Below are positions 9,762 through 18,066 of a stretch of 40,269 nt of DNA, piece by piece (the first letter of the stretch is position 1; each line of letters begins with the position of its first letter). The position numbers were made by a program, and so were the translations under genes. This stretch comes from an uncultured Spirochaetales bacterium (GTDB taxonomy: Bacteria; Spirochaetota; Spirochaetia; CAZPZF01), in the NCBI GenBank assembly GCA_964590705.1, contig CAZPZF010000002.1, positions 1 through 40,269 of the forward strand. Direction: 5' to 3'. Under the pieces are notes generated by a model. The model saw only the letters and a program-made list of their open reading frames with translations, was not told the DNA's origin and did no database searches.

Positions 9762-12716
9762 TCACTCCTTCTTGGTATCCAGGGGTTTTTCCTTGATATG
9801 GCCGGTTGCCTGATCGAAGTAGATGATCACCCCTTTCTTCTTCTCGGTCACCTCGAGAAACCGGCCGTGGGTCTCGAACAACACACCGGGATACAGGGTT
9901 CCGCGGACCTTCACCTCCGCGGGAAAATGCTCCTCGAAACGCTCCCGCAGTGTGAACAGCTGCAGGCTCCGCTTCTCCATGACCTTGAGATACTTCAACT
10001 TCTCCGCGCGGGCCTTCTCGAGGGATTCACGGAGTCCCTGCGATTCCAGCTTCTTCATCGTGAAATCGATCTTGCTCAGGGCGTCCTTGGCCTTCTGGAT
10101 CTCCTTTTCCTGAAGCTCGATCTGGTCCATAATGAGGTAGTCCTGGCCAAAGGAGACCTCCGTCTTCATCCCGGTTTCCGATCCGAGATTCATCACGGAC
10201 ATCCCCTTCCTGGCCCGGACCTTCCCGCCCACGAGGTTTCCCTTTTCCGATTCGAGTGAAACCTTACCGTTCGCCTTGATATTGCAGCGCAGACACGCGT
10301 TCTTCACGCGGACATCCCCGACGCAGAGAACGGTCGCCTGTTCCACGAACCCTGCGAGGATCTCCTTCTTAGCCCTGAGAACGCCCTTCCCCCCGCCCTT
10401 AACCCCCTGATTGATGATGATGGATCCCTCGGCGGAGAGAAGGGCGGAATCGGCGTTCTCGTTGATATGGATATCTCCGCCGGAGAGGACGTAGAATCCC
10501 GGAAGAACGCTTCCGTTGACCTGCACCGTTCCGGAAAACTTGATGTTCCCGCATTTGAGGTCGACATCGCCCTCCACCGTATGGATGTCCCGGATGTCGA
10601 CCAGATTGTTCGCGTAGACGAGCTCTCCGTTCTTTTTCGCGTAGAGAAGGATGTTCCCCTCCTCGTCCTGCTCCTGACGGAAATTGGGCCCGATGGTCAA
10701 GGTGATGGGGGGGGCTTGCCTGGCCGTGATCACCTTTCCGGTCACGTCCCATCCGTCCTCCGGTTTCATGTTCGGCGCGAGGATCCTGGCAACGGCGCTT
10801 CCTTCCTTGACGGACGTGATCTTGTCCTGATGCTTGTAATCGGCTTTCCCGCTCTTGTCGATGGTGACGCCGCTTCCTGAGGCGACGTTGATGAGGAATT
10901 CGACCTTGCTCGACCGCGCATCCCGTGGAGGACTCCCGTTCGCGATGACGACATCGCGCGCTTCCCCCTCCCGCTCCGCCGTCTCGAAGGCCTCGGACAG
11001 GGCCGCCTCGTCGAGCCCTTTTACGATCCCCTTGGCCTTGACCGCCGCGTCGACATCGCTCCGCGAGAGACGCCTGCCTGAACCGACGCTCCGAACGAGG
11101 CGCATGACCGCCTTCATGCGGTCCGCGGAGAGCTGGATATCGATCGTCGAATCCCGATGCGGCCTGACCCTGAAGAAATGGATATCGTCTTTTTTCTGAT
11201 AGTCAAGGATGCCGTCCGCGGCGGCAATGACGAGATCCTTATCCTCCTTCACATTCTCGAAAAGCCTGCGCTCCGGTTCGGTTCCGGGAATTCCCTCGAG
11301 GATCTTTCCAGTAACGTCGGTTCCAGGGTCACCCTTTGAAACCGGGCCGAGCTTGGCCAGGATCTGATCCTTGACCACGAGCGAGAAGGAAACATCCTCT
11401 GTCAGGGGAAATTCCTCCAGGGACTCGATCCCGTCCAACGGCGAAGGAGGGTTTTCCCGGAGGACGGAGAGAATTGCGTCCCTCTCCTTGTTGGCGAGAA
11501 AGACCACGTCAACGGTGAATTCTCTAGGGACGCCTTGGAGGGGCTGCTTTCCCTCGGCGAGGACGTATCCGGAAAGCTCGACCGAAGGGCCGCGGTAGAA
11601 TTCAAGGATGTCCCGCTTGATCTTCTCGAAATCGAGTCCCTTAAGCCCGGCCCCCCTGATGGCGGTTCCCACGTCCTTCAGGACGAGCGGTTTCCCCTTT
11701 CCCCTTCCCTTTCGGATCGAAAGAACAGCCTTCAGCCGATCCTCTGAAATCTCAATGGAAAAACCGCCGTCCTGATCGGGAGAGATCGGTTCTTTCCGAA
11801 GGGGCGTCCGGCGGGAAAGAGCTGCCGCGAGCAATTCCTCGATCCGTTCGGTTGGCAGAAGATGGTCAGCAGCGATGCCGGCGGCGGCAGCGGCTTCACA
11901 GATCTCCTTGCCCGTGGGGATTGGGACATCGGGGGATCCTGGATCGAAGTCGAGAAACGCCGTCAGTTTGTCCGCCGACGCGGTCACCGTGAAGGCATGG
12001 GAGGAAAGGGGAAGGATATCCACCCAATTGGCGCCCTTGCGGACAAGACCCGTGTACAGGGCCGTCAGTTCCCCTTTGCGCCGTTCGATTCCGGTTCCCG
12101 TGTGGAACGAGACGGGAGCCTTTGCAGGAGGGGGAATGGGCCGGCCGAAGACGCTCTTTCCCGCGCTCCCAGGCTTTCCTGGGAGGATGACCGCGATCCT
12201 TTCCCCCTGCTTCACGTATCCCGTCGAAAGGATCCGGGGATCCACATGGACCGGTTCCTCAATTTCCCGTTTTTCCGTGACGTATTCCTCTTCGGCCTTC
12301 TGCTGCTTGAAGAGGCCGCCGCCCTTCTTCTTCTGCTCACTCCTGGTTCGTACCGTCTCCACGCGTTTGATCGTGATGACCGGAGGACGGTTCTCGGCCA
12401 AGATCCTATCGATCTCGTCCCGGAGATTCGGCGGTACGGTAAGCGGTTCCCACTTGAAATCTTCGGAAGTCGGGTTCTCCGGGGGTAGCCCTCGTGCGAT
12501 TGCCGCGCTTCCTCCGCCCTTGGCCGCGAGCCCGGCCATGGCCTTCTCGATTCCCGCGGGATCGAACCCCTCGATCACGCCCCGGCTGAACAGAAGGCTG
12601 ACGACCTTTTCCGTATCCCATGCCTCACCCTTCTCCGAGGAGGCCGGAGAGTACCAGAGTTCCACGGATAAACCCGAGGGATCTATCCTGATGTCTACGG
12701 TGCCGATCAGTTTCAT
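9762..12716 (-). CDS. FapA (DUF342) family protein, unusually long with multiple N-terminal modules
   Basis: 984 aa. The C-terminal part (aa ~712-858) is a Gly-rich beta-solenoid (GDVDLKCGNIKFSGTVQVNGSV...GKVSLESEKGNLVGGKVRARKG). A coiled coil follows (DQIELQEKEIQKAKDALSKIDFTMKKLES...), as in DUF342/FapA. Upstream there are four FapA_N-like modules. Confidence 0.8.
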   Translation of the reverse strand: MKLIGTVDIRIDPSGLSVELWYSPASSEKGEAWDTEKVVSLLFSRGVIEGFDPAGIEKAMAGLAAKGGGSAAIARGLPPENPTSEDFKWEPLTVPPNLRDEIDRILAENRPPVITIKRVETVRTRSEQKKKGGGLFKQQKAEEEYVTEKREIEEPVHVDPRILSTGYVKQGERIAVILPGKPGSAGKSVFGRPIPPPAKAPVSFHTGTGIERRKGELTALYTGLVRKGANWVDILPLSSHAFTVTASADKLTAFLDFDPGSPDVPIPTGKEICEAAAAAGIAADHLLPTERIEELLAAALSRRTPLRKEPISPDQDGGFSIEISEDRLKAVLSIRKGRGKGKPLVLKDVGTAIRGAGLKGLDFEKIKRDILEFYRGPSVELSGYVLAEGKQPLQGVPREFTVDVVFLANKERDAILSVLRENPPSPLDGIESLEEFPLTEDVSFSLVVKDQILAKLGPVSKGDPGTDVTGKILEGIPGTEPERRLFENVKEDKDLVIAAADGILDYQKKDDIHFFRVRPHRDSTIDIQLSADRMKAVMRLVRSVGSGRRLSRSDVDAAVKAKGIVKGLDEAALSEAFETAEREGEARDVVIANGSPPRDARSSKVEFLINVASGSGVTIDKSGKADYKHQDKITSVKEGSAVARILAPNMKPEDGWDVTGKVITARQAPPITLTIGPNFRQEQDEEGNILLYAKKNGELVYANNLVDIRDIHTVEGDVDLKCGNIKFSGTVQVNGSVLPGFYVLSGGDIHINENADSALLSAEGSIIINQGVKGGGKGVLRAKKEILAGFVEQATVLCVGDVRVKNACLRCNIKANGKVSLESEKGNLVGGKVRARKGMSVMNLGSETGMKTEVSFGQDYLIMDQIELQEKEIQKAKDALSKIDFTMKKLESQGLRESLEKARAEKLKYLKVMEKRSLQLFTLRERFEEHFPAEVKVRGTLYPGVLFETHGRFLEVTEKKKGVIIYFDQATGHIKEKPLDTKKE

Positions 12717-12718
12717 GG

Positions 12719-13864
12719 TTACTGTATCTTGAATCCCTCGTTGAACGCCCTGACCAGCCTGGACTTGAGAAGCTGGTTCTCCTTCTTCAGGGTCGATATC
12801 TCGTACTGCTGTGTCTTAATGGTCTCTATTAGATCCCCCCTGGTCAGCGCGCCGCTCTGTAGAAGCGCTTCCACGTCCTGCACCTTGGACTCGAAATCGA
12901 TATCCGCCTCCATCTCCGCGGTCTGGAAACTCTCCTCGACCTGGTCCATGTCGAGGAAGCCCGCGGTTTCCTCTGGCTGCTGGATCAGCTTGTCCGCTAT
13001 CCGGTAGATCGCCTGGGAGAGGACCGCCTGCGGCTTGTAGACGATGATGGGAAGGCGTGAAGAAAGGGCGATATCCTGGAAGTGGTCACGGTAGATGATC
13101 CCGAGATGCTCCACGTCCACATCGAGGTACTCCTTGCAGGAACGTCTGATCTTGGCCGCCTTCTGGGCGTCCGCGGGGTCGTCGAGGAGGTTGAGGATTA
13201 GCTGCGGGTGGAACCCGAAGATTTTCTTCCGGTATTCATCGTACCCTGCCGGATCCTTTTCCTTGATCGCGGCAAGGATCCGGGGAACATACACCTTCTG
13301 CAGGCCCGTGCCTTCCCTGCGCAGCGCCTCCAGGTATTCATACGCGGGGCCATTCTTCTTCAGGGAAGAGGAGAGGATCCGGAAGACCGCGTTCTTGAGA
13401 AAGAGGTACGCGTTCAGCGTCGCGGTGAGGGTTGGCGCGGTGACGATGATGCCCTGGCCTGACGTGAGAAAGCAGTCCATGACCATGTTCCCCGAGCCCG
13501 CGCCCAGATCCATAATGAGGTAGTCCGCCTTAATTTCGAGCAGATTGCGGACCAGCGAGTTTTTCAGAGAGGCTCGGACCGAGGCCATGCCCGGGATCTC
13601 GGCGTCTCCGGGGATGAAGCGCAGCCCGCTGTATTCGGTTTCGACCACGATCTCATCGAGCGTCTCCCCATGGTTTGAAAGATAGGTTCCGATCCCCTTC
13701 TGGACGCCGGAGATTCCGAGCAGGAGGTGGAGATTGGAGGCGCCGAGATCCATGTCCACGAGAAGGACTTCCTTTCCGGCCTGGGAAAGGGCGACGGCAA
13801 GATTGGCCGCGACCAGGGATTTCCCGACACCGCCTTTGCCGCTCGCAATCGGAAGAACCTGCAT
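12719..13864 (-). CDS. MinD/ParA/FlhG-class P-loop ATPase with C-terminal extension
   Basis: MQVLPIASGKGGVGKSLVAANLAVALSQAGKEVLLVDMDLGASNLHLLLG contains the deviant Walker A KGGVGKS. Walker B is DYLIMDLGAG. About 95 extra acidic/coiled-coil residues follow at the C-terminus. Confidence 0.85.
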   Translation of the reverse strand: MQVLPIASGKGGVGKSLVAANLAVALSQAGKEVLLVDMDLGASNLHLLLGISGVQKGIGTYLSNHGETLDEIVVETEYSGLRFIPGDAEIPGMASVRASLKNSLVRNLLEIKADYLIMDLGAGSGNMVMDCFLTSGQGIIVTAPTLTATLNAYLFLKNAVFRILSSSLKKNGPAYEYLEALRREGTGLQKVYVPRILAAIKEKDPAGYDEYRKKIFGFHPQLILNLLDDPADAQKAAKIRRSCKEYLDVDVEHLGIIYRDHFQDIALSSRLPIIVYKPQAVLSQAIYRIADKLIQQPEETAGFLDMDQVEESFQTAEMEADIDFESKVQDVEALLQSGALTRGDLIETIKTQQYEISTLKKENQLLKSRLVRAFNEGFKIQ

Positions 13865-13867
13865 GGA

Positions 13868-14350
13868 TTATTCCTCCTCGACTTTCGTTTCCGCGAAATC
13901 GGGAAGCCTTTCGGGTTCCTCGACTCGGGGCTTCGATCTTCGACGTTCCCCACGCAGATACGCGGCGAGGAGCGCGAGAAAGAGAAGATCGATGAGGACG
14001 AGAACGACGGAAAGAACGGCTGCGGGATCCTGCAGGGAAAAGAGGAACGGGGAGACCGAGAACGTATCGTTCCCCAGCCTGAAGAGGATGTACATGATCC
14101 CCGAAAGGGAGGAGAGGGCTTTTGCCAGGATCAGGATGATCGCGGCCGTCGGCCGGAACTGGGGAAGGAAACCGCAGCAGAAGAAAAGGCCCGCGCAGAC
14201 GATCTGCGCCGACCCGAACCAGAGAAGCAGAAAGGACCTTGTCACTTCCACTTCGGTCCACAGGATCGACAGGAGGAGAAGATACATAGAGGAGAACCTG
14301 ATGAGCTCCCAGACACCCCCGGAGGCGAAAAAAATCTTCTGTCGATCCAT
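13868..14350 (-). CDS. small membrane protein (about 4 TM) with acidic tail, unknown function
   Basis: 160-aa ORF, first gene of the minus-strand operon. Hydrophobic segments include MYLLLLSILW, LLLWFGSAQIVCAGLFFCCGF, AAIILILAKALSSLSGIMYILF and AAVLSVVLVLIDLLFLALLAAYL. The tail is EEPERLPDFAETKVEEE. Confidence 0.55.
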   Translation of the reverse strand: MDRQKIFFASGGVWELIRFSSMYLLLLSILWTEVEVTRSFLLLWFGSAQIVCAGLFFCCGFLPQFRPTAAIILILAKALSSLSGIMYILFRLGNDTFSVSPFLFSLQDPAAVLSVVLVLIDLLFLALLAAYLRGERRRSKPRVEEPERLPDFAETKVEEE

Positions 14351-14358
14351 ATGGAAGA

Positions 14359-14387
14359 AGTGTACGAAAGCGGATCATTCAGGTCAA
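14359..14387 (-). promoter_or_regulatory. sigma-70-like promoter of the membrane protein / ATPase / FapA operon
   Basis: The minus strand reads TTGACC-N17-TACACT, followed by only 8 nt (tcttccat) before the ATG at 14350. No Shine-Dalgarno sequence lies between them. Confidence 0.4.
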
Positions 14388-14446
14388 GGGCAGGTCTTTT
14401 CGGTAGAATAATCGGGACATTCGTAGTACCATAGAGTATACGATGA

Positions 14447-15877
14447 ATGGAGCCCGAAGAGATGAAGTCTAACAGATCCTATTGGATGATAAGCACGGGG
14501 ATCATCGTCCTCGTGTTCGCGCTCGTCGCCTCGACCCCGCTGCTCCTCGCTCAGCCGGGAACGAACCAGAGCGATACGTACATCGATGTCCTTGCCCAGA
14601 TATTCCGCTACGTGCAGAAGAACTACGTCGAAGAGGTCGACCCTCAGGTCATCTTCGAGGGAGCGGCGACAGGACTCGTGGAGAGCCTCGAGGATCCCTA
14701 CTCCTACTACCTCACGGCCTCGGATATGGTGGACATGGGGGACACGACCCAGGGGAACTTCGGGGGCGTCGGCCTATACATCTCCAAGTACGTGGAGTTC
14801 GACCCCACGGTTCCGGAATCTCGGTACCCCTACATCTATGTCGTCTCGCCCATCGAGGGAACCCCCGCGTACAAGGCGGGGATCCACGCGGGAGACTACA
14901 TCCTGAAGATAGAGGGTGAATCCACTGAGGCGATCTCCAGCGACGAAGCCGCCAACCGGCTCAGGGGAGTCCCGGGAACCAAAGTGACCGTAACGATTCT
15001 CCGTGGAAAAGACTTCACCTTCGACCTTACCCTGGAACGGGCGATCATCGAGATTCCGACGGTCAGGTACGGCATGATCGGTTCGGACATCGGCTACCTC
15101 AGGATCATCCAGTTCACCCCCTTTACAGTGGACCGCGTCAGAGAGGCGGTTTCGGAGATGAACCGCGGAAAAGGGATGGCCGGGCTCGTCATCGACGTCA
15201 GGAGCAACCCCGGCGGGCTGCTCAACTCCGTGGTCCGGGTAGCCGATTTCTTCCTCGACGAGGGGATCATCGTGGGAACAAAATCCCGGATCGCCTCGGA
15301 AAACGAGGAATTCACGGCAAAACCTTCAACCATCATTCCGATGCGTACGCCTATCGTCGTCCTCATCGACCGCGGGTCAGCTTCCGCCGCGGAGATTCTT
15401 GCGGGCGCGCTCAAGGATTCCCGGCGCGCGGTCGTCATCGGGGAGACCTCGTTCGGAAAGGGGTCCGTTCAGAACGTCATCCCCCTTCCGAGCGGCGGAG
15501 GACTCCGGCTCACCACGTCCCGGTACTACACGCCATCGGGTACCTTCATCGACAAGATCGGGGTGACGCCGAACATCCCCGTATCCGAACCGGAACTCAC
15601 GGAAGAGGAACAGAAAGCGCTGAAAAAGCTCCTGGAGGAGAACCTCGTCGTCACCTTCGTGGCCGACCATCCCGCGATGGAAAACGGGCAGATCGATCGC
15701 TTCGTGCGGGATCTGATCTCGGACGGCTTCACCCTCGCCCCGAGGATCCTGAAGAGGCTCGTTCGGAACGAGTACTATCGGAAGATGGATTCACCACCCA
15801 TCTATGATCTCGAATTCGATCTGGCGCTCCAGGAAGCGCTGCGGGTTCTTGGGGCGGATTCTTCGGGACAGCGGTAA
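14447..15877 (+). CDS. S41 family carboxy-terminal processing peptidase (Ctp/Prc-like)
   Basis: N-terminal TM/signal anchor and a PDZ region (GIHAGDYILKIEGEST). The S41 core is LVIDVRSNPGGLL...VVLIDRGSASAAEILAGALKD...GETSFGKGSVQ. Confidence 0.9.
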   Translation: MEPEEMKSNRSYWMISTGIIVLVFALVASTPLLLAQPGTNQSDTYIDVLAQIFRYVQKNYVEEVDPQVIFEGAATGLVESLEDPYSYYLTASDMVDMGDTTQGNFGGVGLYISKYVEFDPTVPESRYPYIYVVSPIEGTPAYKAGIHAGDYILKIEGESTEAISSDEAANRLRGVPGTKVTVTILRGKDFTFDLTLERAIIEIPTVRYGMIGSDIGYLRIIQFTPFTVDRVREAVSEMNRGKGMAGLVIDVRSNPGGLLNSVVRVADFFLDEGIIVGTKSRIASENEEFTAKPSTIIPMRTPIVVLIDRGSASAAEILAGALKDSRRAVVIGETSFGKGSVQNVIPLPSGGGLRLTTSRYYTPSGTFIDKIGVTPNIPVSEPELTEEEQKALKKLLEENLVVTFVADHPAMENGQIDRFVRDLISDGFTLAPRILKRLVRNEYYRKMDSPPIYDLEFDLALQEALRVLGADSSGQR

Positions 15878-15886
15878 AGACACACG

Positions 15887-16645
15887 ATGAAGCAGTTCCT
15901 CCTTCCCGAATCCTCCGCCGAAAAACCGGTTCTCGAGCTGGGAGGCAGCGATTTCCACTACCTCGCGCGCGTGCGGAGATTCCGCGCGGGCGCCGTCTTT
16001 CCCGGCATGGACCGGAACGGCAGACGGTACAGCGTCAGGATACGCGAGGTCCGTGTCGATACTCTCCTCGTCGAGGCCACTCCCGTGGAATCGGAGCCGG
16101 ATCAGGAATCTGAACCCGCTTCGCTCCTCAGCCTCTATCAGTGCGTTCCAAAGGGAAACAGGATGGATCTGATCATCCGGCAGGCGACGGAGGCAGGCAT
16201 TCGGGTCATCGTCCCGGTGATCAGCCGATACGTCGTTCCGTCCCCCGGGGAGCAGAAAAGGGAACGATGGAACAGGATAGCGCGGGAAGCCCTTCAACAG
16301 AGCGGAAACGCCGTGCCGCCGTCAATCGGCGATCCGATCCCCCTGGAGAAGATTCCGTCCATCGGCGGCTCGGAGCGCGGGCTTTTTTTTCATCAATCTC
16401 CCCTTGAAAACAAACCGCTCCATCGCTATCTTTCTGGAGATGTATCCGGAGTTGCGATAGTAATCGGCCCAGAGGGGGGATTTCCCGAATCAGAGATCAG
16501 ATTCCTCGCGGAATCCGGCTACTCCCCGGTTATTCTGGGGCCATCAATCCTACGAACGGAAACGGCCGCGCTCTACGCGATCGCTGCCGTGCAGATCGTG
16601 CTTGCGGAGAGAAAAACGTGGGTTCTCAGAAATTCCAAGGGGTAA
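15887..16645 (+). CDS. rsmE: 16S rRNA (uracil1498-N3)-methyltransferase
   Basis: Contains HYLARVRRFRAG, LYQCVPKGNRMDLIIRQATEAG, RWNRIAREALQQSG, VIGPEGGF...E and LGPSILRTETAAL. This is the RsmE/SPOUT signature. Confidence 0.85.
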   Translation: MKQFLLPESSAEKPVLELGGSDFHYLARVRRFRAGAVFPGMDRNGRRYSVRIREVRVDTLLVEATPVESEPDQESEPASLLSLYQCVPKGNRMDLIIRQATEAGIRVIVPVISRYVVPSPGEQKRERWNRIAREALQQSGNAVPPSIGDPIPLEKIPSIGGSERGLFFHQSPLENKPLHRYLSGDVSGVAIVIGPEGGFPESEIRFLAESGYSPVILGPSILRTETAALYAIAAVQIVLAERKTWVLRNSKG

Positions 16646-17373
16646 AAAGGATCCATCTTCTGGATATCCCTATCGACATCTTCGATCCCGATGACCTTCC
16701 GAATATCGTACGCGCGATGCTCGCGGACGGCGAGAAGCATCAGATCGTTCTTCTGGACATCTGGGGCTTCATGACCGCGCGGTATCGCGACTCCGCTTCG
16801 AGCACGCTACACGAGGCGTCTCTGGTCCTCCCCATCTCCAAGCTGCTTCTCGAAGCAGCGCATTTCCTGCATCACGAGATACGCTACCGGCCCATGCCCT
16901 TCGAGTTTATCATCCGGCTCCTCGGCATCATCGAAAATCAGGGGCAGACTCTCTACCTGATCGGCTCCCGCCCCGTGCGGCTGCACACCATCGCCGGGAA
17001 CCTGCGGGCGTCTTTTCCCGCTATCCGGATCGTCGGCAGATACGCCGGATACTACAGGAGGGATCAAGAGCAGGACGTCAAGACAGCCATTAAGAAGGCG
17101 GCCCCGGCGCTCCTCCTCGCGGGACACGGGCTTCCCGGAAAGGACCGCTGGCTCTTTGAAAACAAGAGACACTTCGCGCCTGGCATCTATCTGTGGAACG
17201 GCCGCTGCATGGACATATTCTCGGGAAAAAGAAAGAAACCGTCCAAAAAAACGTGGGAAGCGGGAACATACTGGATACCCGACCTGTTCAGGCACCCGTG
17301 GAGGATCCTGCGGTCCTTCGTATACCTTTTCTACTATCTGCTGCTGGTCATCGAAAGACTCCGGAAACGCTGA
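16618..17373 (+). CDS. WecB/TagA/CpsF family glycosyltransferase (divergent)
   Basis: IHLLDIPIDIFDPDDLPNIV...HQIVLLD...ASLVLP...LYLIGSRP...FPAIRIVGRYAGYY...APALLLAGHGLPGKDRWL follows the TagA family pattern. Apparent GTG start overlapping the rsmE 3' end by 28 nt. Confidence 0.65.
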   Translation: MGSQKFQGVKRIHLLDIPIDIFDPDDLPNIVRAMLADGEKHQIVLLDIWGFMTARYRDSASSTLHEASLVLPISKLLLEAAHFLHHEIRYRPMPFEFIIRLLGIIENQGQTLYLIGSRPVRLHTIAGNLRASFPAIRIVGRYAGYYRRDQEQDVKTAIKKAAPALLLAGHGLPGKDRWLFENKRHFAPGIYLWNGRCMDIFSGKRKKPSKKTWEAGTYWIPDLFRHPWRILRSFVYLFYYLLLVIERLRKR

Positions 17374-17814
17374 CTAGAGCTTGAGGTACTCGTACACTTC
17401 CTTGAGCTTGTCCTCCATCCTCCGAGTGATCGATCTGCCTACCCATACCTGCGGGAATGTGAACAGGAGGAGGAACCCGATGATATCGGTTATAAAGCCG
17501 GGAGTGATCAAAAGCAGGCTTCCGACCAGCGCCCCGGCAAGACGGACGAACTCGTCTCCCGGGTAACAGCCTTCGGCGACACGTGCCTTGATCTGTTCGG
17601 TCATCCGCCTCACCTTACGAACCGAGACGATGAAGCCGAAAAGCCCCGCACCGGCCGTAAGCGCGAGGACGAGATACGTCCCCCACCGTTGACCCAGATA
17701 GAGAAGAAGCGCGAGTTCCCCGATGGGGACGAGGGAATAGAGGAGGAGAAGAAGCATCCCTTTTATTAGAGACCGAGAGTCGAAAAGCCGAAGGATCGAA
17801 CGTATCTCTATCAT
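17374..17814 (-). CDS. fxsA: FxsA family membrane protein
   Basis: LLLLLYSLVPIGELALLLYLGQRWGTYLVLALTAGAGLFGFIV...LAGALVGSLLLITPGFITDIIGFLLLF is the FxsA pattern. Start chosen at the ATG at 17814 (MIEIRS...), because the longer ORF N-terminus (to 18027) looks non-coding. Confidence 0.7.
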   Translation of the reverse strand: MIEIRSILRLFDSRSLIKGMLLLLLYSLVPIGELALLLYLGQRWGTYLVLALTAGAGLFGFIVSVRKVRRMTEQIKARVAEGCYPGDEFVRLAGALVGSLLLITPGFITDIIGFLLLFTFPQVWVGRSITRRMEDKLKEVYEYLKL

Positions 17815-18066
17815 TCCTCCATGGTAGCACATCTCCCCCTTTTGATACAGAGAAAAGGCTTCTTCGGCCGCCCCGCCCTCAGCATGTTTCGAACCGTGCC
17901 CCAAAGCGAGTTTTGGGAAAAATTCATTCATTATTCGCCCAATTTCCTTTCCGTTCCCCTTACCTGTGATTGCATAACCAGGCGCGGTGATTGTATAAAT
18001 ACGCAGGATTTTCAAAACAATGCGCATAAAACAGTTCTATAACAATGAGTAAAATGGAGCGCTGCA

